Part shown: positions 1 through 8,448 of the stretch, piece by piece | How the letters are laid out: the number at the start of each line of letters is the position of its first letter | Position numbering within the stretch: the first letter of the stretch is position 1 | Virus record (IMG/VR): IMGVR_UViG_3300024966_000001 | Span: 1-64,000 of that record | DNA: 64,000 nt | Reading direction: 5' to 3' (one strand) | Origin: a virus | Made by a program: the position numbers and the translations under genes | Notes under the pieces: model-generated | Told to the model about the DNA's origin: nothing | Seen by the model: the letters and a program-made list of their open reading frames with translations, nothing else | The model's database searches: none

Positions 1-419
1 GCATCGACAACCAGAAAACCGCCTTTAGGGTCGATATAAGCGTAAGTCTTGTTCGAGAAGGTGAAGGCTCTGGGCAGCAATTCAAAGATCAGCTCATCCT
101 TGATTGCAGTGCGTTCTTTTTTGGATAGCTTACGTCCTTGTTGTTCTTCCTTTTCGTCAATTTCTTTTTGAACCATTTCGTTGACGACAGAAGAGGGGAG
201 AACGCGTTCTTCTTTCTTACTGCACAGCATCATAAAGCCGTTTGATGCGTGTACCAGCTGTTCGGATGATTTGCCCAGCGGAGAAGTCCAGCCTAAACTA
301 AATTCTTCATGACTTCCGCAGGGGCGGAAAGCCATTTGTCCCAGTTTTTCCTCCAGCTCTGCCGGAGTCAGCGCGAAGCCTTCCGTCAGCCTGAATATTG
401 CTAAGTTTTTAAACCACAT
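1..419 (-). CDS. rdgC: Recombination-associated protein RdgC (3' end outside window)
   Basis: Hand translation from ATG at 419: MWFKNLAIFRLTEGFALTPAELEEKL...GWTSPLG...EERVLPSSVVNE...IKDELIFELLPRAF, a typical RdgC N-terminus. Confidence 0.92.
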   Translation of the reverse strand, partial: MWFKNLAIFRLTEGFALTPAELEEKLGQMAFRPCGSHEEFSLGWTSPLGKSSEQLVHASNGFMMLCSKKEERVLPSSVVNEMVQKEIDEKEEQQGRKLSKKERTAIKDELIFELLPRAFTFSNKTYAYIDPKGGFLVVD

Positions 420-596
420 ATTGATTCCTTTGTTGTCGAGTTTTTTAAAGCATCTATTTCAAAATGCTTTAAAAAAAGCCCCGGAGGTGCGCTGATCAAG
501 ATAGAAGCGTCCGGGTGAGTAGTTACTTTTTAAATTTGAAATATAAAACCAATCCGACAACAGCGATTAGCGCAATAGCATCAAGAAACAAACACA

Positions 597-1031
597 TTAC
601 GCCGCGGCCTCAATGCCGTAGTCTTTAAGGTTCAAACCGAGACGCCGGCCAATTTCAATCAGCACGTCCAGTTCTTTTGGCTCAATTTCGCCGTCAGCTT
701 CGGCGATTGAAATGGCAGTTACAAAAACTTCTTCAGCATCGCCAGCGTTTTCAGCGATGTCTTCAATTTCCTTGAGCATCTTGATTTTGCCCATGCGGAA
801 ATCTGTTTCAACGGTTGCCGAATACTTACTGACAAGGCGCTGTATTTCAGTTTTTTTGAATGACGACAAGCTGTCATTGTTCGAAAGCATCTTTTCCAGC
901 TTCTCACTTTCCTTTTTTTCGATTTCGCCATCAGCGGCGGCGACCAGTACACTTGCCGCCACAATGGCTTCGAAAACATTTTGCTTGGCTATCGACTTTG
1001 CCGACTTACCAAGTTTGCTAAAAAATCCCAT
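597..1031 (-). CDS. TerB-family (tellurite resistance-like) protein
   Basis: Two ADGEIE motifs (VAAADGEIEKKE, IAEADGEIEPKE). Confidence 0.85.
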   Translation of the reverse strand: MGFFSKLGKSAKSIAKQNVFEAIVAASVLVAAADGEIEKKESEKLEKMLSNNDSLSSFKKTEIQRLVSKYSATVETDFRMGKIKMLKEIEDIAENAGDAEEVFVTAISIAEADGEIEPKELDVLIEIGRRLGLNLKDYGIEAAA

Positions 1032-1083
1032 AAATCACTCCAGGTTAAAGTTAATCTTTGTAAAACGCCCGACTTGGACGCTT

Positions 1084-1116
1084 TAAAAAGACCCGGCATA
1101 ATAGAATCGCCGGGTT
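1084..1116 (-). terminator. Rho-independent terminator of leftward operon
   Basis: ACCCGGC...GCCGGGT stem followed on the minus strand by CTTTTT. Confidence 0.6.
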
Positions 1117-1555
1117 AAGGTTATGACTGATACTGACTACGCCCGTCTTTTTTCGGTGCAAGCGGACACCGGTCATAGTTTCATCTTCAGGATTTGCATA
1201 AGTGACACACACATTTGCTGAATAGCCACTCTATGAATGGATATTCAGCAAGCGACTCTTTAAATCGCTTGCTAACGTGCTTCTGGTTTTAAGCAGATAA
1301 CCACATGCATCTTGTTATGCAGTCACCGTTGTTCTTTGCAATATTTCCAATAAATGTCGTGCTGTTTTATTGTTTACACAATCGATTTTTTATCTTGGTA
1401 TTACAGGTACTTTTCGGATTTTGTAGTTCGTTGTTATGGTGTTCGCCATAACCCCACACGTACCCATCCAGCTTGGTATATTTTCAAGATTGAGCGACTA
1501 TCTAACGCAACAAGTGCGCAGTCTCGCTCTGCCAGTGGATCGGGATTTACCAGTT

Positions 1556-1567
1556 TGTTAAAGAGCA
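1556..1567 (-). promoter_or_regulatory. boxA antitermination element (nutL-like)
   Basis: Minus strand reads TGCTCTTTAACA, the consensus boxA, downstream of PL. Confidence 0.75.
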
Positions 1568-1693
1568 TGGCATTGCTGCCCGGTTCGGTGACTCCGTGTC
1601 GTCGATCTGTTTTTTTAAAGAACCCTATTACTAAGGATCTTTAAAAAACCCACTCCGAAGAGTGGTAGCGTTTCAGAGGTAGCTGAAATATTT

Positions 1694-1861
1694 TTAAGCG
1701 CTTACAAAAGATTCGTAGCCGCCTTGAGTTCTGACTGCGTACACACCCCATCCATCCGAGATCTTTTCAAAAGCGATTCTTCTGGCGTGTCCCATGTCCC
1801 ATGCTTCGATTGATAATGAAGATTCTTGTCCGCCTTGTAGCATTAAAAAATAAGTGTTCAT
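1694..1861 (-). CDS. 55-aa hypothetical protein, first ORF after PL
   Basis: MNTYFLMLQGGQESSLSIEAWDMGHARRIAFEKISDGWGVYAVRTQGGYESFVSA*, with AGGA RBS; below the ORF-track cutoff. Confidence 0.6.
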   Translation of the reverse strand: MNTYFLMLQGGQESSLSIEAWDMGHARRIAFEKISDGWGVYAVRTQGGYESFVSA

Positions 1862-1918
1862 GGTCTTAATCCTAGGTAGCTGAAATATTTTGGAGCGGTG
1901 ATTTGTTTCGATGGCTAA

Positions 1919-1970
1919 AGTTTAGCAAAACGCTAAATTAAGTCAAATTAAATTTATAGCAAAATGCTAA
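1919..1970 (-). promoter_or_regulatory. PL promoter with OL operators
   Basis: Minus-strand TTGACT-N16-TAAACT; operators TTAGCAAAACGCTAA (1922-1936) and ATAGCAAAATGCTAA (1956-1970). Confidence 0.75.
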
Positions 1971-2094
1971 ATAATAGGTAAATATGCATATCTTGAATTT
2001 AATGTTTTGAAAAATAACGGCTATTTATTTTGAAATAAAACATAGAAGGGCGGCAATCGTTGCCGAAGAGCGCAGAATTTAAAATTTCAGGCAA

Positions 2095-2126
2095 TAAAAA
2101 ACCCGCTCATGGCGGGTTGGTTTTTT
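2095..2126. terminator. Bidirectional terminator ending the cI operon
   Basis: AAAAAACCCGC-TCATG-GCGGGTTGGTTTTTT. Confidence 0.75.
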
Positions 2127-2220
2127 CATCTATAGGGAAAATCGGCTTAAGCCTGCCTTTCGGCATCGATATAATTCAGCAGCATCGATACCCACCATTA
2201 TCATAATGAAATTATTAAAG

Positions 2221-2676
2221 CTAATTATGTGTTCCAGGCTTCCATCCTGTCATGACGTTTTTCTTGCAATGGTCACAGACAAGGCGCGTGCCATTAAGAG
2301 CAAGTTGCAAAAGAACCATTCTTTTATTGCGGGCGCATTCTGTGCAAATATAGGTAGGGTGATTTTCAGCTTCATGCTCAGGCTTAATTTTATAAACGAG
2401 CATTCCAGATTTGAGTTTGTGAAGAGCATAACGCGATATTTCTCTATCAAATTTTTCCTCGCTGGAGTTTTTTTCTCGCATCTCGGCTATTTGTTGCTTG
2501 AGAAGCACATTCTCGGTCTCAAGATCAGACAGTAATTTCTGGGCTAAATTTAATTTTGAATATACATCAGAAACAGCAACGTTTAATTCGTTATATTTTA
2601 AAAGCTCTTTATTGGCCTTAATAATGTCATGCGCAGTTTTTGCGGCCTGAATTGCAGCATTTATTTCTGTAAACAT
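2221..2676 (-). CDS. Hypothetical coiled-coil/zinc-ribbon protein in the cI operon
   Basis: 151-aa ORF with CTEC...CDHC; rex-like position downstream of cI. Confidence 0.75.
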   Translation of the reverse strand: MFTEINAAIQAAKTAHDIIKANKELLKYNELNVAVSDVYSKLNLAQKLLSDLETENVLLKQQIAEMREKNSSEEKFDREISRYALHKLKSGMLVYKIKPEHEAENHPTYICTECARNKRMVLLQLALNGTRLVCDHCKKNVMTGWKPGTHN

Positions 2677-2761
2677 GTTTAGTTGTTAATGTAGGTAATT
2701 ACTTCCGCCGTAGCTGAATGGATATTTTTTATTATGAATAATAGAGACGCTGAAAAAAAAC

Positions 2762-3028
2762 TTATTGCTTTGAGTGGTGCCAGGATTCGACTTTGGTTAA
2801 GTAATCGCGAAGAAAAGTATGAGCAATTACAGAATCAGTTATTTCCTGATCATAAAATTGCTCAAAGTACATCAAATCTCGATCCGCCGAATGTAAGCGC
2901 TCGAAAGTCTTAATGACCTCTTTCAATTTATCAGAATGCGCAAATAACGCAGCTATAAGATGTTGGTGCGCTTCAAGCATTGCTTGCATTCGTCCAACTT
3001 GAACCTTTAAATCCTCAATCTCAGTCAT
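2762..3028 (-). CDS. Hypothetical protein in the cI operon
   Basis: 88-aa ORF co-oriented with cI. Confidence 0.65.
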   Translation of the reverse strand: MTEIEDLKVQVGRMQAMLEAHQHLIAALFAHSDKLKEVIKTFERLHSADRDLMYFEQFYDQEITDSVIAHTFLRDYLTKVESWHHSKQ

Positions 3029-3101
3029 AGTTAATTTTATTAGTAAGTAATTGCTTACGCCGTAGCTGATTCGACAAATTCAATAAAATAACACTTAAAT
3101 T

Positions 3102-3872
3102 TCAAGCATATCTACGTTTTGGTAATGTCGACCACCAGAATACCCAGCCTATTACCTTTACGCTTTTTGCCTCTTCAAAAGATAGTGTTTCATCAGGCCA
3201 CTCATCTCTGTTTTCACTTCTCAAGCGTAAAGCTCCGCCGGGCATTTTGTATAAGTACTTAACCCTTAATGAGCCATCGTGATCAATAGCGTACATTTCG
3301 CCATCAATAATATTAGTTGTTCCTTTGTCGATCCCTATGGCAGTGCCGTTGTGTAATTTTGGTTCCATGCTGTTTCCAGAAATAGTTGCACACGCGGCAT
3401 TGCACTCAAGAACAGCCTGGTTCTTAAGCGTTGACTTCGCAAATCTTAATTTCATCCCACAATTTTCTATAACTTCGTGGCGACTTGATCCGGCAGCCAA
3501 CTCAACTTCTCTAAAATATGGCAGCGCCACTTCATCGTCTCTCAGCGGCGTGCTGCCATCCCATAATTCTAATTCACCGAGCACATAATTAGGGGTAGGG
3601 CTTGGTAGTTCTATTCGAGTTGTCGTGCTATCGATGTAGTCAGCCAAGTCTTCGTGCATTACATCCATCCATCCAATATCTTTACCGACAGCCTGTTCTA
3701 TTTTTCGTGCCAGCGCTAAGCCAATATTCCTTTTGCTTTTCTCGCTAAAAATTTGGCTCATATATGAAGGGTCTGTGCCTATTTTTTCGGCAAACTTACC
3801 CTTATCAAGCCCAGATTCTTTTCTAAGGATCTCGTAATTTATTTTTCTGATTTCGTTAATTGTCAGTTCCAT
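3102..3872 (-). CDS. cI: CI-like repressor (XRE HTH plus S24 autopeptidase)
   Basis: N-terminal HTH, AAG cleavage site, GNSMEP serine motif, RVKYL lysine motif; divergent from cro. Confidence 0.93.
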   Translation of the reverse strand: MELTINEIRKINYEILRKESGLDKGKFAEKIGTDPSYMSQIFSEKSKRNIGLALARKIEQAVGKDIGWMDVMHEDLADYIDSTTTRIELPSPTPNYVLGELELWDGSTPLRDDEVALPYFREVELAAGSSRHEVIENCGMKLRFAKSTLKNQAVLECNAACATISGNSMEPKLHNGTAIGIDKGTTNIIDGEMYAIDHDGSLRVKYLYKMPGGALRLRSENRDEWPDETLSFEEAKSVKVIGWVFWWSTLPKRRYA

Positions 3873-3892
3873 TTTTTTTATTTAAACAGTAA

Positions 3893-3960
3893 TTAGCAAA
3901 TTGATAAATGTACATAACGCTAAAATTAATCTTGAATAAAAATTAGCATTACGCTAAAGT
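3893..3960 (+). promoter_or_regulatory. OR operators and PR promoter
   Basis: TTAGCAAATTGATAA (3893-3907), TGTACATAACGCTAA (3909-3923), TTAGCATTACGCTAA (3943-3957); TTGAAT-N17-TAAAGT at 3932-3960. Confidence 0.8.
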
Positions 3961-3967
3961 TACAAAC

Positions 3968-4171
3968 ATGGATATGAAAACTTTTGTCAAAACGACACCG
4001 AAGCCAGAAAGAGAGCGAATCGCCGAGATCGCAGGGACAACCGATGCGTATTTACAGCAATTAGCTGGTGGGCATCGAAAACCCAGTGCATTACTGGCTA
4101 AGCGCCTTGAAAAAGCTTCGGATAAAAAACTTACTCGAGCCGAATTACTTCCTGAAGAGTTCGGAGAATAA
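3968..4171 (+). CDS. cro: Cro/YdaS-like repressor
   Basis: 67-aa HTH (IAEIAGTTDAYLQQLAGGHRKPS...LTRAELLPE), divergent from cI. Confidence 0.9.
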   Translation: MDMKTFVKTTPKPERERIAEIAGTTDAYLQQLAGGHRKPSALLAKRLEKASDKKLTRAELLPEEFGE

Positions 4172-4194
4172 ACAATCACACCCCGGTCCGAACA

Positions 4195-4530
4195 ATGAAC
4201 AATATTTCACGCGAAAAACCAATTGATTACGAAAAATTGAGCGAAGGACTCTGTGAAGCCCGTAATAGCTCTCTTGAGATGTTTTCTCGCTCAATTCGCG
4301 ACCAATTCAACAAAAAAGGAAAAGCCATGCCTAGCCCAAATATGTCAAACACGAAGAAAGACCACGTTGGCTTGATATACCAGCATGTTGCTAGCCACGT
4401 TATGACACATAGCTGCGTCCATATAGATGAAAAGGGCGCTAGCACCATGCTAATTCCATCGGCAGATGAAATTGCTGAGAAATTATGCTCAGCATTTGAA
4501 AAGCTCAACGACCGCGTAAAAGAGTGGTGA
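4195..4530 (+). CDS. Hypothetical protein
   Basis: 111-aa ORF following cro. Confidence 0.55.
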   Translation: MNNISREKPIDYEKLSEGLCEARNSSLEMFSRSIRDQFNKKGKAMPSPNMSNTKKDHVGLIYQHVASHVMTHSCVHIDEKGASTMLIPSADEIAEKLCSAFEKLNDRVKEW

Positions 4531-4702
4531 GATCTTTGATTTCTCTGGTAAGTGCCATAACGATTCCTTTTTTTGATGCTAATGGGTCTTCCTGAATGGA
4601 TATGGCTTTTAAACATAGCGGGCAAGAGTACGCGGCGAGTTTTATTTTCTCTGCTACTGATTGGAAAGCTTTTCCGCAATGAGGACAATTTATGTTTTCC
4701 AT
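4505..4702 (-). CDS. Small zinc-ribbon protein
   Basis: MENINCPHCGK...CPLCLK, with AGGGG RBS before the ATG at 4702. Confidence 0.55.
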   Translation of the reverse strand: MENINCPHCGKAFQSVAEKIKLAAYSCPLCLKAISIQEDPLASKKGIVMALTREIKDLTTLLRGR

Positions 4703-4859
4703 GGTTTTACCCCTGTGTTGGTTGATAAATGTGAGAGTTTTAATTCTAACATTGGGGGTAATTTTTAAAGTAAAAAATGGAGGGTACATAACCCCCATTA
4801 TGAATCGTGCGCCTAATTTTAGAGGCACCCGGCGGGCAATAGAATCCGCATAACTACTT

Positions 4860-4905
4860 AGGCCGGTAGCTTAACCGGTAAAAGCACCCCGCTCATAACG
4901 GGGAG
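4860..4905 (+). tRNA. 5' part of an interrupted tRNA(CAT), Ile2 or Met
   Basis: AGGCCGG acceptor strand, TA, D arm GCTT-AACCGGTAA-AAGC, anticodon arm CCCCG-CTCATAA-CGGGG, then AG of the variable loop. Confidence 0.88.
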
Positions 4906-4927
4906 CTTATTTGCAACAAAAATAAAT

Positions 4928-5341
4928 ATGAAGCACTGTAATCGCTGCGACACAACTTTATCTAAAGATAGTTTTGGAAAGAATATATCTAACAGTGACG
5001 GACTCCAATCGCAATGCAAGCAATGCAGAAAACATGTAAATAATGAGCAATATGCTAATAATCCTAATCGCAGAGCAAACATAAGAAGAAACCAAGATAA
5101 ATTTTATAAAGAATCAAGAGATTACGTTAATAGCATTAAGGATGTTAGTTCATGTGCTGTATGTGGAGAAAATGCTAATTGCGCATTGGATTTTCATCAT
5201 TTTGATAATAATAAAGAATTTGGAGTTTCTGAGAATATAGGTAGATTCAGTTTAACCAGGTTAAAAGTAGAAATATCAAAATGCATAATTCTGTGCGCAA
5301 ATTGCCATAGGAAAGTACATGCAAGATTACTGATTTTATAG
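4928..5341 (+). CDS. HNH endonuclease with N-terminal zinc finger, inserted within the tRNA
   Basis: CNRC...CKQC, then CAVCG...LDFHH...LCANCHRKVH; AT-rich. Confidence 0.9.
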   Translation: MKHCNRCDTTLSKDSFGKNISNSDGLQSQCKQCRKHVNNEQYANNPNRRANIRRNQDKFYKESRDYVNSIKDVSSCAVCGENANCALDFHHFDNNKEFGVSENIGRFSLTRLKVEISKCIILCANCHRKVHARLLIL

Positions 5342-5368
5342 TCGGTTCGACACCGACACGGCCTACCA
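5338..5368 (+). tRNA. 3' part of the interrupted tRNA(CAT)
   Basis: ATA, T arm GTCGG-TTCGACA-CCGAC, ACGGCCT pairing with 4860-4866, discriminator A, encoded CCA. Confidence 0.88.
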
Positions 5369-5427
5369 GATCACCCGATTGCACAGCGGGTTAATACTGC
5401 GCAGCTTGTTTTACTTTCCTGGGTTTT

Positions 5428-5455
5428 GCCCCGAGCAATCGGCGGGGCTTTTTTT
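5428..5455 (+). terminator. Rho-independent terminator (tR1-like)
   Basis: GCCCCG...CGGGGC followed by TTTTTTT. Confidence 0.75.
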
Positions 5456-5491
5456 AGACGGATTAATTTTAACAAAAAAGAGGAAGAATCT

Positions 5492-6133
5492 ATGCGAGAT
5501 CAGCCGCAGTCAGGTCAAGTTTATTCATTGACTCAGGTTATTAGGGGGCATTTGCAGAAACTGCAACATGATACTGGCATCACGATAAGTGCCTTTGTTA
5601 GTAATGTGCGTAAACATTACGAAGACACCTATTTGCTTAATTCCCAATCCATCGAATGGAGTCAATTTTCTGACCCCTACATTCGCATGACGCGTGATGC
5701 CGAAAAGTTTAACCGCTGGCTCGGTGACGACATGCTTAAGCAGCTGCCGATTGATTTGCTTGAATCAATTGTCGCCGCTTTCCCGCCCGATCGCCGGTTT
5801 CGGCTTCAAATAGAACTGTCCGGTAGGCAGGGCATGATGGCTATCCCAATGCCGACCGGAAACCCGTATGAAGACTGTGTTTTTCTTGGAAAAATCGCAA
5901 AGCAAACCGGGGAAGCCATTATTGCCATTTCCCCGTTGCTTGAGGACGGCGCCATTGATAGCCGTGATAAAGCCAAAGCGCCGTCTGCGATTGCTGAACT
6001 TGATGAGGCTATTGCCGTGATGTTTGCAATGAAGGCCATTATCGAAAGGAAAGCGCTTGGGAAGCCATCGTTTGTCATCATGGGAGTCGACCTCATGACT
6101 CCACCAAAAGCGGACCCAACAAAAATCGATTAA
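5492..6133 (+). CDS. CII/YdaT-like regulatory protein
   Basis: Position after cro; LPIDLLESIVAAFP and GEAIIAISPLLEDGAID segments resemble CII-like phage regulators; GAGG RBS. Confidence 0.55.
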   Translation: MRDQPQSGQVYSLTQVIRGHLQKLQHDTGITISAFVSNVRKHYEDTYLLNSQSIEWSQFSDPYIRMTRDAEKFNRWLGDDMLKQLPIDLLESIVAAFPPDRRFRLQIELSGRQGMMAIPMPTGNPYEDCVFLGKIAKQTGEAIIAISPLLEDGAIDSRDKAKAPSAIAELDEAIAVMFAMKAIIERKALGKPSFVIMGVDLMTPPKADPTKID

Positions 6134-6135
6134 GG

Positions 6136-6564
6136 GTGTTGATCATCATGCCAAATTCAAAAGTCGAGCAGTGGCTAATTGACAATCCTGATGTGTCTTT
6201 TAATTACGAAAATTTAGTTAAATTGATGAGGTCGAAAGGGAGTGTTGAGTGCGTTATAGAGATTAATGGAAGAAGCCAATTAGCCCGCGCTGAATACACA
6301 AAAACACCTTGGGTCACCACATTTAATATCGTGACAGATGAGGTGCAATTTACTCATTCGTCATTCAATCAATTCATTAATTTCTGCGAAGAAAGCAATG
6401 TCCTTTTCAGCAAGCAAGACTTTCTCGAAAGTACCAGAAAAATGCTCGAAATCGCGAAGAACGCTGCTCAATTTAAAGCTGTCTCGGTGCCGTTGAATAC
6501 GCCGCAGGATGTTGAGGCATTGCTGGCGTTGATGGATCGAGCAAATGCAGTTAGTCCGCTGTGA
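6136..6564 (+). CDS. Hypothetical protein
   Basis: ORF in the early right operon. Confidence 0.6.
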   Translation: MLIIMPNSKVEQWLIDNPDVSFNYENLVKLMRSKGSVECVIEINGRSQLARAEYTKTPWVTTFNIVTDEVQFTHSSFNQFINFCEESNVLFSKQDFLESTRKMLEIAKNAAQFKAVSVPLNTPQDVEALLALMDRANAVSPL

Positions 6565-6817
6565 TGACTGCACTCTTTTTATTCCAAACAACATTACTCC
6601 GACAGGACTTGGGGATTGCCGGGTATATCGGCACTATTTAGAAAAGGGCGTTAAGGGCGCTGATATGGACGCGCTACTAAGAAGGCTAGGTAACAAGCCT
6701 GATATTGTTTTACGTACTTATTACCCGCTGTTCTGGGCTACTACGTTGATAGATAGAAAGTGCGAAAAATATAAACAAATCAGTTATCCGGAATTACCGG
6801 ATAACTCAAACGATTAA
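6545..6817 (+). CDS. Hypothetical Cys-containing protein
   Basis: Overlapping co-oriented ORF with CDDC. Confidence 0.55.
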   Translation: MQLVRCDDCTLFIPNNITPTGLGDCRVYRHYLEKGVKGADMDALLRRLGNKPDIVLRTYYPLFWATTLIDRKCEKYKQISYPELPDNSND

Positions 6818-6968
6818 CAGTTCTCAGTTGCTCGAAATTTTAGAGTAACTGATTTGATTAACAGTTTTAAACCCGATACCGGCCTAGTCTGGCCAGACAA
6901 AAAGCGTTTCCTTCGTGCGCTGGCCGGTATCAACTTTTAACGAAGACTAACGAAAGGAAAGAATAATC

Positions 6969-7559
6969 ATGGCAAAGGTATTGTGGGAGTCACAGAAGGA
7001 GCTAGAGGATTATGTTTTTAATTTTATTATTAAAAATTCACAAAATCCTATTAACGGAAATAGTGTAGATGGAGTTTATCGGCAGGTTGAACTTGGATCT
7101 TATGGAATTGCAGATTTAATTACTTTCTCTTATGAAAATCATTTTTTATATATATCCATAATTGAGCTAAAGAAAGAAGTCATTGATATAAAAACAATGG
7201 CTCAGCTTTCAAGATACCACAAGGCGGTTTCAAAATATTTTGAAAAATATCATCCTGAATGCAGCATTAGAATCAGTCTTTTAGCTGTTTCTACCGATAT
7301 AAATCAAAATGATGATTCAGTATGGTTAAGTGATTATCTATTCATTAATAACGATTTTGATGTTTTTTTATGTGACTTTGATCTTGATTCTGGGGTTAGT
7401 TTTTCTAGGACCGGACGATGGTATAAAAAAAATGAAGAATTCGATAAATTTAATAAAACGATAGGACAGATTGAAGTAAATTCGTTTATGTCCTTTGGTG
7501 AAGCGGCCGTTAAGGCCGACACTGAAATATCAAAAATATTTAGTGATAACAATGGCTAG
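6969..7559 (+). CDS. Putative PD-(D/E)XK nuclease-fold protein
   Basis: E-LED...RQVELGSYGIADL...IIELKK...QLSRY pattern; AT-rich. Confidence 0.65.
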   Translation: MAKVLWESQKELEDYVFNFIIKNSQNPINGNSVDGVYRQVELGSYGIADLITFSYENHFLYISIIELKKEVIDIKTMAQLSRYHKAVSKYFEKYHPECSIRISLLAVSTDINQNDDSVWLSDYLFINNDFDVFLCDFDLDSGVSFSRTGRWYKKNEEFDKFNKTIGQIEVNSFMSFGEAAVKADTEISKIFSDNNG

Positions 7560-8448
7560 AATCAGGACAGTTAAGCCTGAATTATTCAGGCATGAGGATC
7601 TGTTCGAGCTTGAGCAAACATCTAGGCTTCCTGTGCGGCTTTCTTTTATTGCTTTGTTTACCGCATGCGATAGAGAGGGTCGGTTCAAATGGAGGTCAAG
7701 GCAATTAAAACTAGATTGTCTTCCTTATGATGAAGTTGATTTTTCACGCGTGCTTGACGCGTTAGCAACAGGCGGATTTGTTGTGAAGTATTCCGTTTTA
7801 GGCGTTGATTACGGAGTTATTCCATCATTCAAGAGCCATCAAATCATTAATAACAGGGAATCTGAAAGTGTATTGCCATCACCACCTGAATTACTTGGTG
7901 AAAAGCTTATAAAGCCAGAAAATTTGGCACCATTAGAGCCATTAATTGATGACAAACCACGCGTAGATGACGCGTGCGGCACGCCCCTTAATCTAGATCA
8001 AGGGGAAAGGGAAGGGAAGGGAAGGGAAAAGGAAGGGGAAAAGGAAGGGGAAAAGAATACTCCTAATCACAATGCGGAAAAATTCGATGAAGACAAAATT
8101 CCGCAAACTACTGGCGAGTGGATGGAGTTCTTTGTCAACCAACATGGCTTTCAATTTCACGAAGTCCAGACTGCAAAAACTATCCCGATGTATGCCGACT
8201 GGGTTAAGCGAGAAATCAGCATCGGCATTGTTGAATCCGCTATCAATGCCACGGCAAGCTGGCTTGAGCGAAGGGGAGAAAAGGGCAAGCCCGATAATCC
8301 GGGTATTTATGAAAAATTCGTAAACACAATAATCAACGAACAATCCAGATTGGAGCTAAAAAATGAACGCAGCCCGACAAGAAATCAAAAGCCCAAGGTC
8401 GATTCGGTGTTTTCTGAAAAATATGCCGGAATCGGGTCCATCCCTTAG
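7552..8448 (+). CDS. Phage replication initiator (O-like)
   Basis: MARIRTVKPELF...CDREGRF N-terminus, low-complexity linker, directly upstream of a DnaC-like ATPase. Confidence 0.8.
   Translation: MARIRTVKPELFRHEDLFELEQTSRLPVRLSFIALFTACDREGRFKWRSRQLKLDCLPYDEVDFSRVLDALATGGFVVKYSVLGVDYGVIPSFKSHQIINNRESESVLPSPPELLGEKLIKPENLAPLEPLIDDKPRVDDACGTPLNLDQGEREGKGREKEGEKEGEKNTPNHNAEKFDEDKIPQTTGEWMEFFVNQHGFQFHEVQTAKTIPMYADWVKREISIGIVESAINATASWLERRGEKGKPDNPGIYEKFVNTIINEQSRLELKNERSPTRNQKPKVDSVFSEKYAGIGSIP

Noticed and set aside
597-1031. Tellurite resistance locus
   Set aside because: It is a lone terB-like gene in a phage early operon, with no other ter genes.
1091-4850. Similar ACCCGGC...AATAGAATC strings at 1091 and 4827
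   Set aside because: The match is short, the predicted folds differ, and the orientations relative to transcription are opposite; chance cannot be excluded.
4906-5337. Group I or II intron as the explanation for the split tRNA
   Set aside because: Only 22 non-coding nt precede the ORF and the stop codon lies in the 3' tRNA part. No P7 or domain V motifs are visible, and the insert does not end in G.
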